64,000 nucleotides of DNA from Candidatus Microgenomates bacterium (GCA_049523135.1 JBEKNE010000001.1:210095-274094), one strand, 5' to 3'; positions 29,121 through 39,815 are shown, counted from the first letter of the stretch. The notes: generated by a model not told the origin, from the letters alone. A program made the numbers and translations.

Positions 29121-31493
29121 ATGATTGCTACGACTAATAAAATTAAACGTCAGAAATTTAGTGCTTGGGTTGTGTTTCTTAGGCAATTCAAAAACCCGCT
29201 TCTTTTGGTTTTTATTGTCTCAACTATAGTTGCATTTGTTGTTGGAGAAAAAACGGAAGCGTTTGCTATTTGGATTGTAATGTCTCTTTCCATAATTTTA
29301 GGTTTTTGGAATGAATACCAAGCGGAAAAAGTTGTCAATGATCTGATTAAGCGGATTTCATTTACGGTTAGCGTTAAAAGAAACGGAGTTGAAAAAATAA
29401 TTCCCGTTGCCGAAATACAACTTAATGATGAAGTTTTTCTGCATTCTGGATCGATTATCCCCGCCGATATCCGAATATCAATTTCTGAAGGTCTAGAGGT
29501 CAATGAATCTGTTATTACTGGAGAATCGTTACCTGTGCCGAAAAAGGACGGAGACCCTGTTTATATGGGAACAGTTGTAACAAGCGGAAATGCTCACGGA
29601 GTTGTTACTGCAATCGGAATGGATACAAAATATGGAAAAATTTCTGGTCTAACCGATAAAGCCCGGCCTCTTACCGAATTTCAAAAAGGGCTTCAGGATT
29701 TTAGTTTGCTTCTTGCCAAAATTGCGGGGGTAACAGTTGTGCTTGTTATCGGTTTTGGATATTTTCTGCATCATCCGATTGTCGATACGGTACTTTTTGC
29801 ATTGACTGTAGCTATGGGAATCACACCGGAGCTTTTGCCGCTTATTGTCACATTAAGTCTTTCTTACGGTTCCAAAAAATTAGCAAAGAAGGATTTAATT
29901 GTAAAACAATTTGTCTCAATAGAGGATATTGGAAATATGGAAGTTCTTTGCACGGATAAAACAGGCACTTTAACGGAGGGCAAAATTTCTCTAAGTTTAT
30001 ATCAGGACAAATCCGGTAAAGAAAACCCCGAAGTTCTTAGCTTAGGTTTAATTTGCAATTCAGGGTTTACCCATGGATACGCCGCTGCGGATTCTATCGA
30101 TAAAGCAATCATTGATTTTGCAGAGTCAAAGGGCATTAAGATTACCAATAAACCAGAAAAACTTTATGAAATGCCCTTTAATTTTGAGAATAGATTTATG
30201 TCTATCGCGATAAAAAGAGATGGAAAAGTAGTTTTGATTTGTAAAGGTTCGCCAGAAGCAATAATAGCTCGGTTGAAACTTGATGATGAGGAGAAGAAAA
30301 AACTTGAGAGTACTTCGGATGGTCTTCAAAAGAACGGCTTGAGAGTAATTGCTGTTGCATCAAAAGAAATAGTCAATTTTGATCCTAAACTTATTAAAAG
30401 CGAATTTAAAGATCTTAAGTTTGGAGGATTTATGAGTTTTGCCGATGTTCCCAAAAAAGATTTGGCGGAAGATTTTAGAAAATTTGAAAATCTCGGGGTT
30501 TCAATAAAAATAATTACGGGAGACAGTGAAATTGTTGCTGAAAAAGTGTCCAAAGATGTCGGGTTTGATTATAAAAAGGTTTTGACCAACTCTGAAGTTG
30601 AGAAGATGAATGACTTGGAGTTGGAAAAAGAAGTATGGAAAGTAGACATTTTTTCCAGAATTACTCCATCCCAAAAAGTAAGGATAATTCAAGCTTTAAA
30701 GAAGGGTGGCAGAACCATAGGTTATATGGGTGATGGGGTTAATGACGGCCCGGCTCTTCGTATCGCCGATGTGGGAATTTCTGTTAATACCGGAGTGGAT
30801 GTAGCCAAAGATACAGCCTCAATTGTACTTCTTAGGAAGAGCCTTGGGACTATTGCTGATGGAATTAAAGAAGGAAGAATTACTTTCCAAAATACAATTA
30901 AATATATTTTAATGGGAACAAGCTCTGATTTTGGAAACATGGTGAGTGCGGCGGCGGCATCCATAATCTTGCCATTTTTGCCCATGACACCGGTGCAGTT
31001 TTTACTTAATAACATTTTGTATGATGTTTCTCAAACTTCTATCCCGACGGATAATATTGACCCTGATCAGATACGACTTCCCAGAAGTTGGGACATAAAT
31101 TACATAAAGAAATTCATGATTTTATTTGGTTTAATAGGAACTTTATATGACTTTTTGACCTTCGCAGTTATGTATTTTGTATTTCACGCTAGAGGAAGCC
31201 TATTCCAGACCGGTTGGTTTGTTACTTCGTTCATAACTCAAGTCTTGGTAGTTTTTGTAATAAGAACCAGAAAAATTCCCTTTTGGAAAAGTAAGCCCAG
31301 TACTCCATTTTTAATAACTTGTTTAAGTGTTGTAGTTCTGGCTTTATATCTGCCATTTAGTCCGTTTGCAGACTACCTCGATTTTAGTAGACTTCCGTTA
31401 CTTTATTTTGGTTTTCTAATTGGAATTACTCTAACATATTTAGGAATGGTTGAAATCGGAAAATATTATTTGAATAGGAATAAATTTATATAA
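29121..31493 (+). CDS. mgtA: Mg2+-transporting P-type ATPase
   Basis: TGES, PELLP, DKTGTLT, GDGVND, SSDFGN and FQTGWF motifs. Confidence 0.9.
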   Translation: MIATTNKIKRQKFSAWVVFLRQFKNPLLLVFIVSTIVAFVVGEKTEAFAIWIVMSLSIILGFWNEYQAEKVVNDLIKRISFTVSVKRNGVEKIIPVAEIQLNDEVFLHSGSIIPADIRISISEGLEVNESVITGESLPVPKKDGDPVYMGTVVTSGNAHGVVTAIGMDTKYGKISGLTDKARPLTEFQKGLQDFSLLLAKIAGVTVVLVIGFGYFLHHPIVDTVLFALTVAMGITPELLPLIVTLSLSYGSKKLAKKDLIVKQFVSIEDIGNMEVLCTDKTGTLTEGKISLSLYQDKSGKENPEVLSLGLICNSGFTHGYAAADSIDKAIIDFAESKGIKITNKPEKLYEMPFNFENRFMSIAIKRDGKVVLICKGSPEAIIARLKLDDEEKKKLESTSDGLQKNGLRVIAVASKEIVNFDPKLIKSEFKDLKFGGFMSFADVPKKDLAEDFRKFENLGVSIKIITGDSEIVAEKVSKDVGFDYKKVLTNSEVEKMNDLELEKEVWKVDIFSRITPSQKVRIIQALKKGGRTIGYMGDGVNDGPALRIADVGISVNTGVDVAKDTASIVLLRKSLGTIADGIKEGRITFQNTIKYILMGTSSDFGNMVSAAAASIILPFLPMTPVQFLLNNILYDVSQTSIPTDNIDPDQIRLPRSWDINYIKKFMILFGLIGTLYDFLTFAVMYFVFHARGSLFQTGWFVTSFITQVLVVFVIRTRKIPFWKSKPSTPFLITCLSVVVLALYLPFSPFADYLDFSRLPLLYFGFLIGITLTYLGMVEIGKYYLNRNKFI

Positions 31494-31934
31494 ATGAGAC
31501 TTGTAGTACAAAGAGTCGAAAAAGCGAAAGTTGTGAAAGTATCTGACAAAAAAACGGTTGGGAAAATCGGTTTGGGTCTTTTTGTTTTAGTCGGATTTAA
31601 AAAAGGTGACTCAGAAAATGATGTGAACTCGTTGGCAGAAAAACTTTCAAAACTTCGTGTAATGTCGGACGATAAAGAAAAGATGAATTTATCAGTTCTC
31701 GATACCAAATCGGAAATTTTGGTTGTTTCCCAATTTACTCTTTATGCCGATACAATGGGGGGCAATAGACCGAGTTTTTTTAAAGCGGAAGAACCGGCTA
31801 GGGCCGAAAAACTTTATAACTATTTTATTGAAAATCTTAGGCAAAAAGGAATAAAAGTTGAAACCGGAAGTTTTGGAGATTATATGCAGATAGAGGCCAC
31901 CCTAAACGGACCGGTTACAATAATTTATGAGTAA
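31494..31934 (+). CDS. dtd: D-aminoacyl-tRNA deacylase
   Basis: MRLVVQRV, VSQFTL, GNRPSF and NGPVT motifs. Confidence 0.96.
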   Translation: MRLVVQRVEKAKVVKVSDKKTVGKIGLGLFVLVGFKKGDSENDVNSLAEKLSKLRVMSDDKEKMNLSVLDTKSEILVVSQFTLYADTMGGNRPSFFKAEEPARAEKLYNYFIENLRQKGIKVETGSFGDYMQIEATLNGPVTIIYE

Positions 31935-32532
31935 GATATTAAAATCTTTGGGCACGGTAGTTCTGGTATTCGCCTGCGTTGTCGTAGCGATAACAACGTT
32001 TTTGGTTGGCTATATAAAAGGATATTCATTCGGTAAAAACGATCAATATGGTGTTGATCAGAAGTATTTATCACAATTCGTTTCAGCGACATCAAAACCG
32101 TTTGCAACTTCCACTTCTTCTCCAAAACCAATTGTGGTTTATGTAAAACCTACTCCAGCTCCGAGTTGGGGAGGACCTCAGCTTTGGGATGCAGTCAATC
32201 AATCCAGAGTTGAGCATGGAGTTAACCCTTTAAAATCGAAAGATGATCTTTGCACAATTGCCTCAATACGTTTGAATGAACTTCTACAACTGGGAACACT
32301 TGACGGACACCAGGGTTTTTCGGCACTTGAACAAAGAAACGATATAAAACCGATTTTTGATAGCTATGGAGTTGTTTCCGAATTTCTGGTTAGCGGGGCA
32401 ACCAGTCCTCAAAATGCAGTTGATCTTTGGCTTAATACAATGGGTCATAAACAGCTTCTGACAGGAGGAGAGTATGTTTGGGGCTGTATTTATGCTCAAA
32501 ACGGATTTGGTGTAGCAATCGCAGCGTATTAA
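31927..32532 (+). CDS. CAP/SCP-domain exported protein
   Basis: N-terminal TM segment; VNQSR..HG and W.NTMGH motifs. Confidence 0.7.
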   Translation: MSKILKSLGTVVLVFACVVVAITTFLVGYIKGYSFGKNDQYGVDQKYLSQFVSATSKPFATSTSSPKPIVVYVKPTPAPSWGGPQLWDAVNQSRVEHGVNPLKSKDDLCTIASIRLNELLQLGTLDGHQGFSALEQRNDIKPIFDSYGVVSEFLVSGATSPQNAVDLWLNTMGHKQLLTGGEYVWGCIYAQNGFGVAIAAY

Positions 32533-33131
32533 ATCAATTTTTCTCTTTTTAAGAACTTTATTAATTTTTTCTTTGAAGTAAATTGACGCCCAATTCCAAC
32601 AAAAAGCCTATTCATATCGTTCCAATATTTTTTAGGAACTGTTTTAATTAATTCCTTTTCGGTTTGTTCAGGGTTTTTTGTATGGACCCAACCAAGTAGG
32701 TTACTGATTCTGTGGACATGGGTATCAACTGCGATTGCTGGAATGTTAAATGCACGATTAAGAACCAAATTTGCAGTTTTTCTACCAACCCCGGGGAGGG
32801 TAATAAGTTTTTTAAATGTTCCTGGAACTTTTCCGTTAAAATCTTTTAGTACTTTTTCGGTTAGAAGCTTTATGTGTTTTGCTTTTATTTTATAAAAACC
32901 AACAGGGTAGATTAATTTTTCAATGCTTTTGACTTCAAGTTTATTTAATTCGGAAAAATTTGGAGCAACCTTAAAAAGTCTTTTCGCGGCAGCCAGAGTG
33001 GTATTGTCGTTAGTCCGTGCGGACATAACTGTTGAAATTAATGTTTTATATTTATTTGAGCCAAAAACCTCCAAGGGGATCGGCTTATAGTTATTTTTGA
33101 ATACTTTAAAAACTTTGGAGTAGTCTTTCAT
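32529..33131 (-). CDS. nth: Endonuclease III-like HhH-GPD glycosylase lacking the Fe-S motif
   Basis: LPGVGRKTAN and AVDTHVHR motifs; no cysteines at the C-terminus. Confidence 0.9.
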   Translation of the reverse strand: MKDYSKVFKVFKNNYKPIPLEVFGSNKYKTLISTVMSARTNDNTTLAAAKRLFKVAPNFSELNKLEVKSIEKLIYPVGFYKIKAKHIKLLTEKVLKDFNGKVPGTFKKLITLPGVGRKTANLVLNRAFNIPAIAVDTHVHRISNLLGWVHTKNPEQTEKELIKTVPKKYWNDMNRLFVGIGRQFTSKKKLIKFLKREKLI

Positions 33132-33147
33132 TATCTGTTAAGGAATA

Positions 33148-33186
33148 CAAAAGGGGCCCTACCAATTCCGGTGGGTGCCCTTTTGC
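33148..33186. terminator. Terminator-like hairpin
   Basis: CAAAAGGG...CCCTTTTG closing stem with inner CTACC/GGTGG. Confidence 0.6.
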
Positions 33187-33206
33187 TTTAAGTGTTCAAA
33201 TCAAAG

Positions 33207-33344
33207 TTATTTGCCTCCGATCTTGAACATGGTTGTGCCACAAACTTCACAAACTGCTTTTGTAGCTTTCTTGCCATTTTTCATGGTAACCTCTTGAGCA
33301 TCTTTGCCCTCTCTTTTTGCGCGGCACTTTACACAGTACATCAT
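33207..33344 (-). CDS. 45-aa zinc-ribbon protein (DUF5679-like), below the ORF-track cutoff
   Basis: MMYCVKCRAKREGKDAQEVTMKNGKKATKAVCEVCGTTMFKIGGK*; strong SD AAGGGGGTGA. Confidence 0.88.
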   Translation of the reverse strand: MMYCVKCRAKREGKDAQEVTMKNGKKATKAVCEVCGTTMFKIGGK

Positions 33345-33403
33345 AAATTACTTCACCCCCTTCCTTAGGACAGACAACACTTAATTGTCTTTTACAGAAC
33401 AGC

Positions 33404-33691
33404 TCATTTAATCATGAACTTGCTCCAGGCTAAGTATATCACGAGCTCCAGGAACAGGATGAAGCTAATGAGAATTAAGCTTCTGAGAATGTTTTTTCTG
33501 GTTTTTGAGGCTGACCCATCTTGTGCCAAGTATTCGGCTTTTTTTTCATGCCTGACCGTGGCTGGTGAAGAAATTTTGTCTGATCTTGATTCCCCCTTGA
33601 CATGCGTTCCAGAAGGCTCTTTTGGTTGCCACGAAACGAGAAATCCGTAATGCGGATTCTCTTTATTTTTTCGTGTCCTTTCTATTGCCAC
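33404..33691 (-). CDS. Hypothetical protein with a C-terminal TM helix
   Basis: 95-aa ORF, hydrophobic C-terminus. Confidence 0.65.
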   Translation of the reverse strand: MAIERTRKNKENPHYGFLVSWQPKEPSGTHVKGESRSDKISSPATVRHEKKAEYLAQDGSASKTRKNILRSLILISFILFLELVIYLAWSKFMIK

Positions 33692-33782
33692 GGCATCAAT
33701 TTACATCGAATTGGTAAATTTTACAATCTCCTTGACACTGACTTTTCAAGATGTAAAAATGACACCAGCCTGCCAAAAGTAA

Positions 33783-34241
33783 ATGCAAAATTTGAGTTTA
33801 TATATTTCTTTAATTTTGGGAGTTTGGCTTTTGGTACTAAGTTTTTTCTTGTACCGTTATTTCGCTCTTTTTAATAGACTAGGTAAAGATATTGAAGTAT
33901 CTGATCTTAAAAAAGTTTTGGAAAAACTTTTAGGACGGGTAGATGAAAATACCGAAAATATAAAAGGTATTGAAAAAAGAATTGATCTTTTGGAAGATGA
34001 CGGCAAATACCACGTACAGAAAGTAGGCTTGGTAAGATTTAATCCGTTTAAAGAACTTGGCGGAGATCATAGTTTTAGTTTGGCCATTCTTGACGGTCAC
34101 GACTCGGGAGTTATCATAACAGGACTTCATACAAGAGAAAGAACCAGAATTTATATGAAGGATATTAAAAAGGGTAAGAGTAGTTCCGAACTGTCAACTG
34201 AAGAAGAAAAGGCTTTGGTTAGCGCTCAAAAGAGCAGATAG
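33783..34241 (+). CDS. DUF4446-like membrane-anchored protein
   Basis: N-terminal TM, coiled coil, VRFNPF..GGD.SFSLA.LD motif. Confidence 0.8.
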   Translation: MQNLSLYISLILGVWLLVLSFFLYRYFALFNRLGKDIEVSDLKKVLEKLLGRVDENTENIKGIEKRIDLLEDDGKYHVQKVGLVRFNPFKELGGDHSFSLAILDGHDSGVIITGLHTRERTRIYMKDIKKGKSSSELSTEEEKALVSAQKSR

Positions 34242-34325
34242 TAATATATACAAATAAACTTTGTGTTATTTAAAAGCTCTTATTTGCGATTGCAAATTCG
34301 GGTCCATTGAGTATAGAATGAAACA

Positions 34326-35570
34326 TTGTTACCTTTAATGAAAAACTTTAAGAATTTTTTTATTTCAAGAAAATTTATAGTAATTGTCAGTTTTGTTGGA
34401 CTTTTCTTAATTACGGTTGGGGTCTCATTAATCATTTTTTATTATGTAGCTCCTCAAAAAGCTTCTAACCTTCTTTCCGAGATTGGTCAAAGGACAAAAA
34501 TAAATGTCAATCTTCCCAAGACCGAAGAATGCCCGATTAACGGGGAAATGTATACAAAAGCGGAAAGTGATGTCTGGAATACAAGGCGTCCTATTGCAAT
34601 GATGATTGAAAATCACACTGAGGCAAGACCAGAGTCGGGTTTATCACGCGCGGATGTTGTTTACGAAGCTGTAGCTGAAGGCGGAATAACAAGATTTACG
34701 GCAATATTCTATTGCGGAGCGGCAGCGGAGGATGTCCAAGCAGCTCCTCTTAGAAGTGCCAGGGTCTATTTTGTCAATCTTGCGGCAGGTTATGGAACCG
34801 ATCCAATCTTTTTGCATCAAGGTGAAGCGAATAATATTTGCAGCACTTGCCCGGGAGGAAATAAACCATCATCTCAAATCGATCCTTTAGTTAATGTACT
34901 GACTCTATTTGATAAGCTTGGTTGGCAAGGAGGAACAACAGGCAATAATTTTGATGGCGGCTACGACATAGGCTATCCTATCGTTGTTCGTAACCAATAC
35001 CGCTTGAGTAGCACCGCTTCCGCTTGGGAGCATTCGGTTGTAGCAGATCTTGATCTTGTTTGGCAGGAAGCTGCAAAGCGGGGATGGAATTATAAAGACA
35101 GTAGTGGAGTGCCGTGGACACAGGGCTTTACAAAATGGATTTTCCAAAACGGCAAAGCAACAACCTCACCTGCAGTATCCGATATCAAGTTTAACTTTTG
35201 GGCTAGTATGCCGGGTTATGATGTTGAATGGAAATATAATTCCGCTACAAATTTTTACATGAGATATAATGCCGGGCAAGCGTTTATTGATTGGGAATTT
35301 GATAAGCCTCAGATAGCGGCAGCGAACGTAGCAATAATGTTCGTTAAGGAAAGTGGTCCTCTTGATAGTGAGCATCATATGTTCTATCAGGATATCGGAA
35401 CAGGCAATGCAATAGTTTTCCAGAACGGTCAGGCGATAGTGGGAACTTGGAAAAAGGCATCAGCGCTTGACAGGGAAGTTTTTTATGATACAAATGGGAA
35501 AGAGATACAAATGGTTCGTGGACAAACCTGGGTAGAGCTGGTACCTTCCACAAACAAAGTCAGTTATTAA
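34326..35570 (+). CDS. DUF3048-family exported protein
   Basis: RPIAMMIENH..ARP.SGL..AD.VYE..AEGGITR and RSAR motifs. Confidence 0.85.
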   Translation: MLPLMKNFKNFFISRKFIVIVSFVGLFLITVGVSLIIFYYVAPQKASNLLSEIGQRTKINVNLPKTEECPINGEMYTKAESDVWNTRRPIAMMIENHTEARPESGLSRADVVYEAVAEGGITRFTAIFYCGAAAEDVQAAPLRSARVYFVNLAAGYGTDPIFLHQGEANNICSTCPGGNKPSSQIDPLVNVLTLFDKLGWQGGTTGNNFDGGYDIGYPIVVRNQYRLSSTASAWEHSVVADLDLVWQEAAKRGWNYKDSSGVPWTQGFTKWIFQNGKATTSPAVSDIKFNFWASMPGYDVEWKYNSATNFYMRYNAGQAFIDWEFDKPQIAAANVAIMFVKESGPLDSEHHMFYQDIGTGNAIVFQNGQAIVGTWKKASALDREVFYDTNGKEIQMVRGQTWVELVPSTNKVSY

Positions 35571-35591
35571 TTATTACCTGCTCCAAAATAG

Positions 35592-36176
35592 ATGGCGACT
35601 CTAGGTGACATTATTACTTCGAAAGTTAGAATTAAAATCTTGGAGCTTTTCTTCTCCAACCTGAAAGAGGTTTATCATGTCAGAGGAATTGTTAGGGAAA
35701 CCGATGAGGAAATTAATGCCGTAAGACGCGAACTGATGAAACTTGAAACAGACGGCTTACTTAGGAAAGAACCCCGGGGAAACAGGATTTACTATTCAGT
35801 TAGACCCGAATATCCGTTTTTTGATGATTTGGTTTCAATGGTTGCCAAAACTACCGGTTTGGGTAAATTGATAATTGAAAACAGAAATAAAATTGGCAGG
35901 ATCTCATTTATAATGTTTTCAGGAAAGTTTATCAGACGAAAAGAGCGCAAGCGTGAGGACGATGTAGATATTTTGGTTGTTGGAGAAGTGGTATTGCCTG
36001 AATTAGCTTCAATTATTAGAGTTGAGGAAAGCAAGCGAGGAACAGAAATAAATTACACAGCGATGAACAGAGATGAATTTGATTTCAGAAAAAAAAGGCG
36101 TGACCCGTTTCTTCTGGGAATACTGTCCGGCAGTCGGGTTATGATAATTGGGGATGAAGAAGACCTCGTCGGTTAA
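35592..36176 (+). CDS. Winged-HTH fused to a nucleotidyltransferase-like domain
   Basis: SKVRIKIL...NAVRREL HTH; DVDILVVG. Confidence 0.7.
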   Translation: MATLGDIITSKVRIKILELFFSNLKEVYHVRGIVRETDEEINAVRRELMKLETDGLLRKEPRGNRIYYSVRPEYPFFDDLVSMVAKTTGLGKLIIENRNKIGRISFIMFSGKFIRRKERKREDDVDILVVGEVVLPELASIIRVEESKRGTEINYTAMNRDEFDFRKKRRDPFLLGILSGSRVMIIGDEEDLVG

Positions 36177-36184
36177 TTTTATCT

Positions 36185-37516
36185 ATGCTGTCAACTCCCG
36201 TTAAAAGACTGGTGTTAATTACGGTTTTGGTTATAGCGGCAATATATATTTGTTTGCCTCATACTTTTTCATTGTTTGGCAAGAATATTACCCGTCCGGA
36301 TTTGAATGTAAAAATCGGAAATCTTACTATCAACCGTAGTTTTGATTTGCATCTAGGTCTGGACCTTGCCGGAGGCAGCCAACTCGTGTTTGAAGCGGAT
36401 ATGAGCAAAATCCCCGCCGATAAGCAAGCCACAGCTTTGGAAAGTGTAAAAAATGTAATTGAAAATCGTGTTAATCTTTTTGGAATATCCGAACCCACTG
36501 TCCAGACGTCTGTTTTTGAAGGCAAGGATAGAATTATCGTCGAACTTCCGGGAATTAGTGATACCCAGCAGGCGATTAGTCTTATTGGTCAAACAGCCCA
36601 GCTTGCTTTTGCCGAAATTAAGGAAGTTCCTGGTATCAAAGGGGCATCACCTTCAGCACAGCTTGTTCCTACAGATCTGACTGGAGCTGATTTGCAAAGC
36701 GCATCGGTTATATTTGATTCACAAACCGGAAAACCCGAAGTCTCTCTTCAATTTACAACTGAAGGTGGCAATAAATTTGCGGATATTACCGGCAGAAATG
36801 TGGGTAAACCTCTTCCCATTGTGCTTGATAATAATATCATTGAGGAACCCGTAGTTCAGGAGCAAATTACCGGCGGAAACGCACAAATAACCGGAAGTTT
36901 TACTGTTGATGAAGCAAAACAACTTGCGGTTCAACTTAATGCCGGAGCTCTTCCTGTTCCCGTAAATCTTGTTCAGGAGACAACGGTCGGGGCAACTCTG
37001 GGAGCACTTTCCGTTAAGCAAAGTCTTCTTGCCGGGGTTGTTGGAATGATAATGGTTTGTCTTTTTATGATTCTGGCTTATGGAAAACTTGGTATTATCG
37101 CCGATCTTGGTCTCGGTATATTCACCGTGATCACAATTGCTCTTTATAAACTTATACCGGTTACAATTACACTTCCCGGAATTGCCGGATTCTTGCTTTC
37201 TGTCGGGATGGCAATGGACGGGAATATTCTTATTTTTGAAAGGTTTAAGGAGGAAAAGCCTAAGCACGAATATCATCAAGCGATGGAAATCGCATTTGGA
37301 AGAGCGTGGAATTCAATAAGAGATGCTTATACGGCGACACTTATTACATGTTTCATTTTGGCTAATCCTTTAGATTGGAATTTCTTAAATACCTCAGGTC
37401 CGATTAGAGGTTTTGCAATTACTCTTGGACTCGGAATTTTTATAAGTCTTTTTTCGGGAATTTTTGTCAGCAGGAATCTGCTTAGAGTTTTTACGAAAGG
37501 AGACAAAAATGATTGA
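36185..37516 (+). CDS. secD: Protein translocase subunit SecD
   Basis: LGLDLAGG, IIVELPG, LNAGALP and DGNILIFER motifs. Confidence 0.95.
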   Translation: MLSTPVKRLVLITVLVIAAIYICLPHTFSLFGKNITRPDLNVKIGNLTINRSFDLHLGLDLAGGSQLVFEADMSKIPADKQATALESVKNVIENRVNLFGISEPTVQTSVFEGKDRIIVELPGISDTQQAISLIGQTAQLAFAEIKEVPGIKGASPSAQLVPTDLTGADLQSASVIFDSQTGKPEVSLQFTTEGGNKFADITGRNVGKPLPIVLDNNIIEEPVVQEQITGGNAQITGSFTVDEAKQLAVQLNAGALPVPVNLVQETTVGATLGALSVKQSLLAGVVGMIMVCLFMILAYGKLGIIADLGLGIFTVITIALYKLIPVTITLPGIAGFLLSVGMAMDGNILIFERFKEEKPKHEYHQAMEIAFGRAWNSIRDAYTATLITCFILANPLDWNFLNTSGPIRGFAITLGLGIFISLFSGIFVSRNLLRVFTKGDKND

Positions 37517-38384
37517 CTGGATGAAATATCGTTGGCTTTATTTGCTTATTTCCGGAACCGTAATTCTTTCGGGAATTTTTGGGATGATAAAATGGGGTTT
37601 TCGGATTGGTGTTGAATTTAAGGGCGGAACCTCTATTGAATATCAGCTTAATCGCGATGTGGATCCGGATAAATTAAGTACGGCAGTAAAAAGTGTCGGA
37701 GTGGAAGTTGTTTCTATCCAAAAAACAGCAACAGGATCTTATATTTTGAAACTTGGTCAGGTAACCAATTCCCAAAGGGCGGATATTAAGAAAAGTATCG
37801 AAAAACTTGGAGTTTCGGCAGATGAGCTTAGTTTTGAAGTGGTCGGCCCGACAGTCGGAGCCGAACTTGTCAGAAAAACAGTTTATGCGTTGCTACTTTC
37901 TTCTTTAGGAATTCTTCTTTGGGTGGCAATCCAATTCAAAAGTTTTAAGTTTGGAATTTCTGCAGTTTTGGCGATGCTGCACGATAGTTTGGTGGTTATC
38001 GGAACATATTCTCTCTTTTGCCACTTCTTCGGAGCGGAGGTAGATTTACTTTTTGTAACGGCTCTTCTCACAATACTTTCTTTTTCCGTACACGATACGA
38101 TTATAGTTTACGATAGGATTAGGGAATCCAAGAAAAGTTTTGGTGATGACCTTTATGGTCTAGCCAACAAAGCAACAAGCGAGACAATGGTCAGGTCCCT
38201 GAATAATACTTTTGTTGTTATTTTTATGATGGTGGCGCTTCTTCTTCTGGGAGGATCAACCATCAAATGGTTTACCGCAACTCTTCTTGTGGGGACTCTT
38301 TCGGGAGCATATTCGTCACCTTTTGTCGCAGTTTCAATTTTGGTAACCTGGGACGAACTTCAAAAGAAATTCAAGAAGTACTAG
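37509..38384 (+). CDS. secF: Protein translocase subunit SecF
   Basis: GVEFKGG, VGPTVG, LHD and SVHDTIIVYDRIRE motifs. Confidence 0.95.
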   Translation: MIDWMKYRWLYLLISGTVILSGIFGMIKWGFRIGVEFKGGTSIEYQLNRDVDPDKLSTAVKSVGVEVVSIQKTATGSYILKLGQVTNSQRADIKKSIEKLGVSADELSFEVVGPTVGAELVRKTVYALLLSSLGILLWVAIQFKSFKFGISAVLAMLHDSLVVIGTYSLFCHFFGAEVDLLFVTALLTILSFSVHDTIIVYDRIRESKKSFGDDLYGLANKATSETMVRSLNNTFVVIFMMVALLLLGGSTIKWFTATLLVGTLSGAYSSPFVAVSILVTWDELQKKFKKY

Positions 38385-38448
38385 TTTTTACTGTTTTTGG
38401 ACATCTGCTTGGTTTGAAGCGTCGGAAAATTATGCAAGAGAAAATAAT

Positions 38449-39789
38449 TTATGACTTTTGGGAAAGTGCAGCTATTAAATCTTCTTTATTATTTTCAATT
38501 TCCTTATTTACTACTTTTTCAAATAGGTCATTCAGTATTTTTCCGACTTCCGGACCCGGTTTAAGGTTAAGCTCTTTCATCACGTCATTTCCGTCAATCT
38601 TCAGATCGCGAACAGTGAAGGGTTCCTTTTGAACTTCGATAAGTCTTTTCTTAAATTCCTCGAGCCGCCATGAAGTTTCCCTGGCTCCCCCTCCAAGTCT
38701 GTCTGCAACCCGAAGAGCTAGCATATCATCCATATTTTCCAGGCCCACATTCCGTAAAATTCTTCTTATGGCGGAGTCTGTTTGATGTTCATCAACCGTG
38801 AATTGATGCCACCGGATAAGTTTTATAAATTTGTCCTTTTCTTTATTGGAAAATCTAAGTCTGTCCGCAATGTTTTCGGCAATTTTAGTTGAAACCATTT
38901 CATGATTATAAAAAGTTATAGTTCCGGTTGAGAGTTTTTTATAAGTTTGGGGTTTACCAATATCATGAACTAAAGTTGCAAAGCGTGTAACAGGATCTGG
39001 CGATTTACAAAATTTCAGAGACATCAGAAGATGATTCCCAACATCATAAATGTGGTGACGCCCTGGGGATTTTTGCTCGACGCCGAAGCACTTTTCCATT
39101 TCCGGTAGAATTTCCTGCATAAGTCCGGAATTCCTGAAAAGAACCATCCCCTCATAGGGATTTGGAGATGCAAAGAGTTTAAAAAGTTCATCTTTTACTC
39201 TCTCTTTGGCGATTTTATTGATTAGAGGAGCGTTTTTTTTGATTGCTTCAAATGTCTTATTCTCGATGGTAAAGCCAAGTTCTGCGGCAATCCTTACGGC
39301 TCTCATCATTCTCAAGGCATCTTCGGAGAATCTTTCATTCGGATCTCCAACTGCTCTAATTAATTTATTTTTTATATCCTCTTGCCCTTTGTATAAATCG
39401 ATAATTTTAAGATTTTTATCGAGAGCCAATGAATTAATTGTAAAATCGCGCCTTGCCAAATCCTCTTCTAAGCTCTTTCCCCAGACAATTTTGGTTGGAT
39501 GGCGAAAGTCTTCGTACCCCTCTTCGGTTCTGAAAGTCGTTATTTCGTGAGGACGTTCAGGATCATCCGGATTATCCGTAAATACCGTACCGAACTGATT
39601 GTTATAAAGCCCACCGGGGACCACTTTTAAAATTTCTTCAGGGGTGGCATTGGTTGTGAAGTCCCAATCATTTGTAATTCTGCCCATAATGATGTCCCTG
39701 ACGGCTCCCCCCACGATATAAATTTCATATCCGGCTTTATCAAATTTTTCCAAGATATCTTTTACCGATTTTGGTAATTGGACTTCCAT
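38449..39789 (-). CDS. cca: CCA-adding enzyme / tRNA nucleotidyltransferase with HD domain
   Basis: VGGAVRD, DWDF, RRDFTIN, EDALRMMRA and HDIGKP motifs. Confidence 0.92.
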   Translation of the reverse strand: MEVQLPKSVKDILEKFDKAGYEIYIVGGAVRDIIMGRITNDWDFTTNATPEEILKVVPGGLYNNQFGTVFTDNPDDPERPHEITTFRTEEGYEDFRHPTKIVWGKSLEEDLARRDFTINSLALDKNLKIIDLYKGQEDIKNKLIRAVGDPNERFSEDALRMMRAVRIAAELGFTIENKTFEAIKKNAPLINKIAKERVKDELFKLFASPNPYEGMVLFRNSGLMQEILPEMEKCFGVEQKSPGRHHIYDVGNHLLMSLKFCKSPDPVTRFATLVHDIGKPQTYKKLSTGTITFYNHEMVSTKIAENIADRLRFSNKEKDKFIKLIRWHQFTVDEHQTDSAIRRILRNVGLENMDDMLALRVADRLGGGARETSWRLEEFKKRLIEVQKEPFTVRDLKIDGNDVMKELNLKPGPEVGKILNDLFEKVVNKEIENNKEDLIAALSQKS

Positions 39790-39815
39790 GGCTATATAAG
39801 ATAAATTATACCAGT

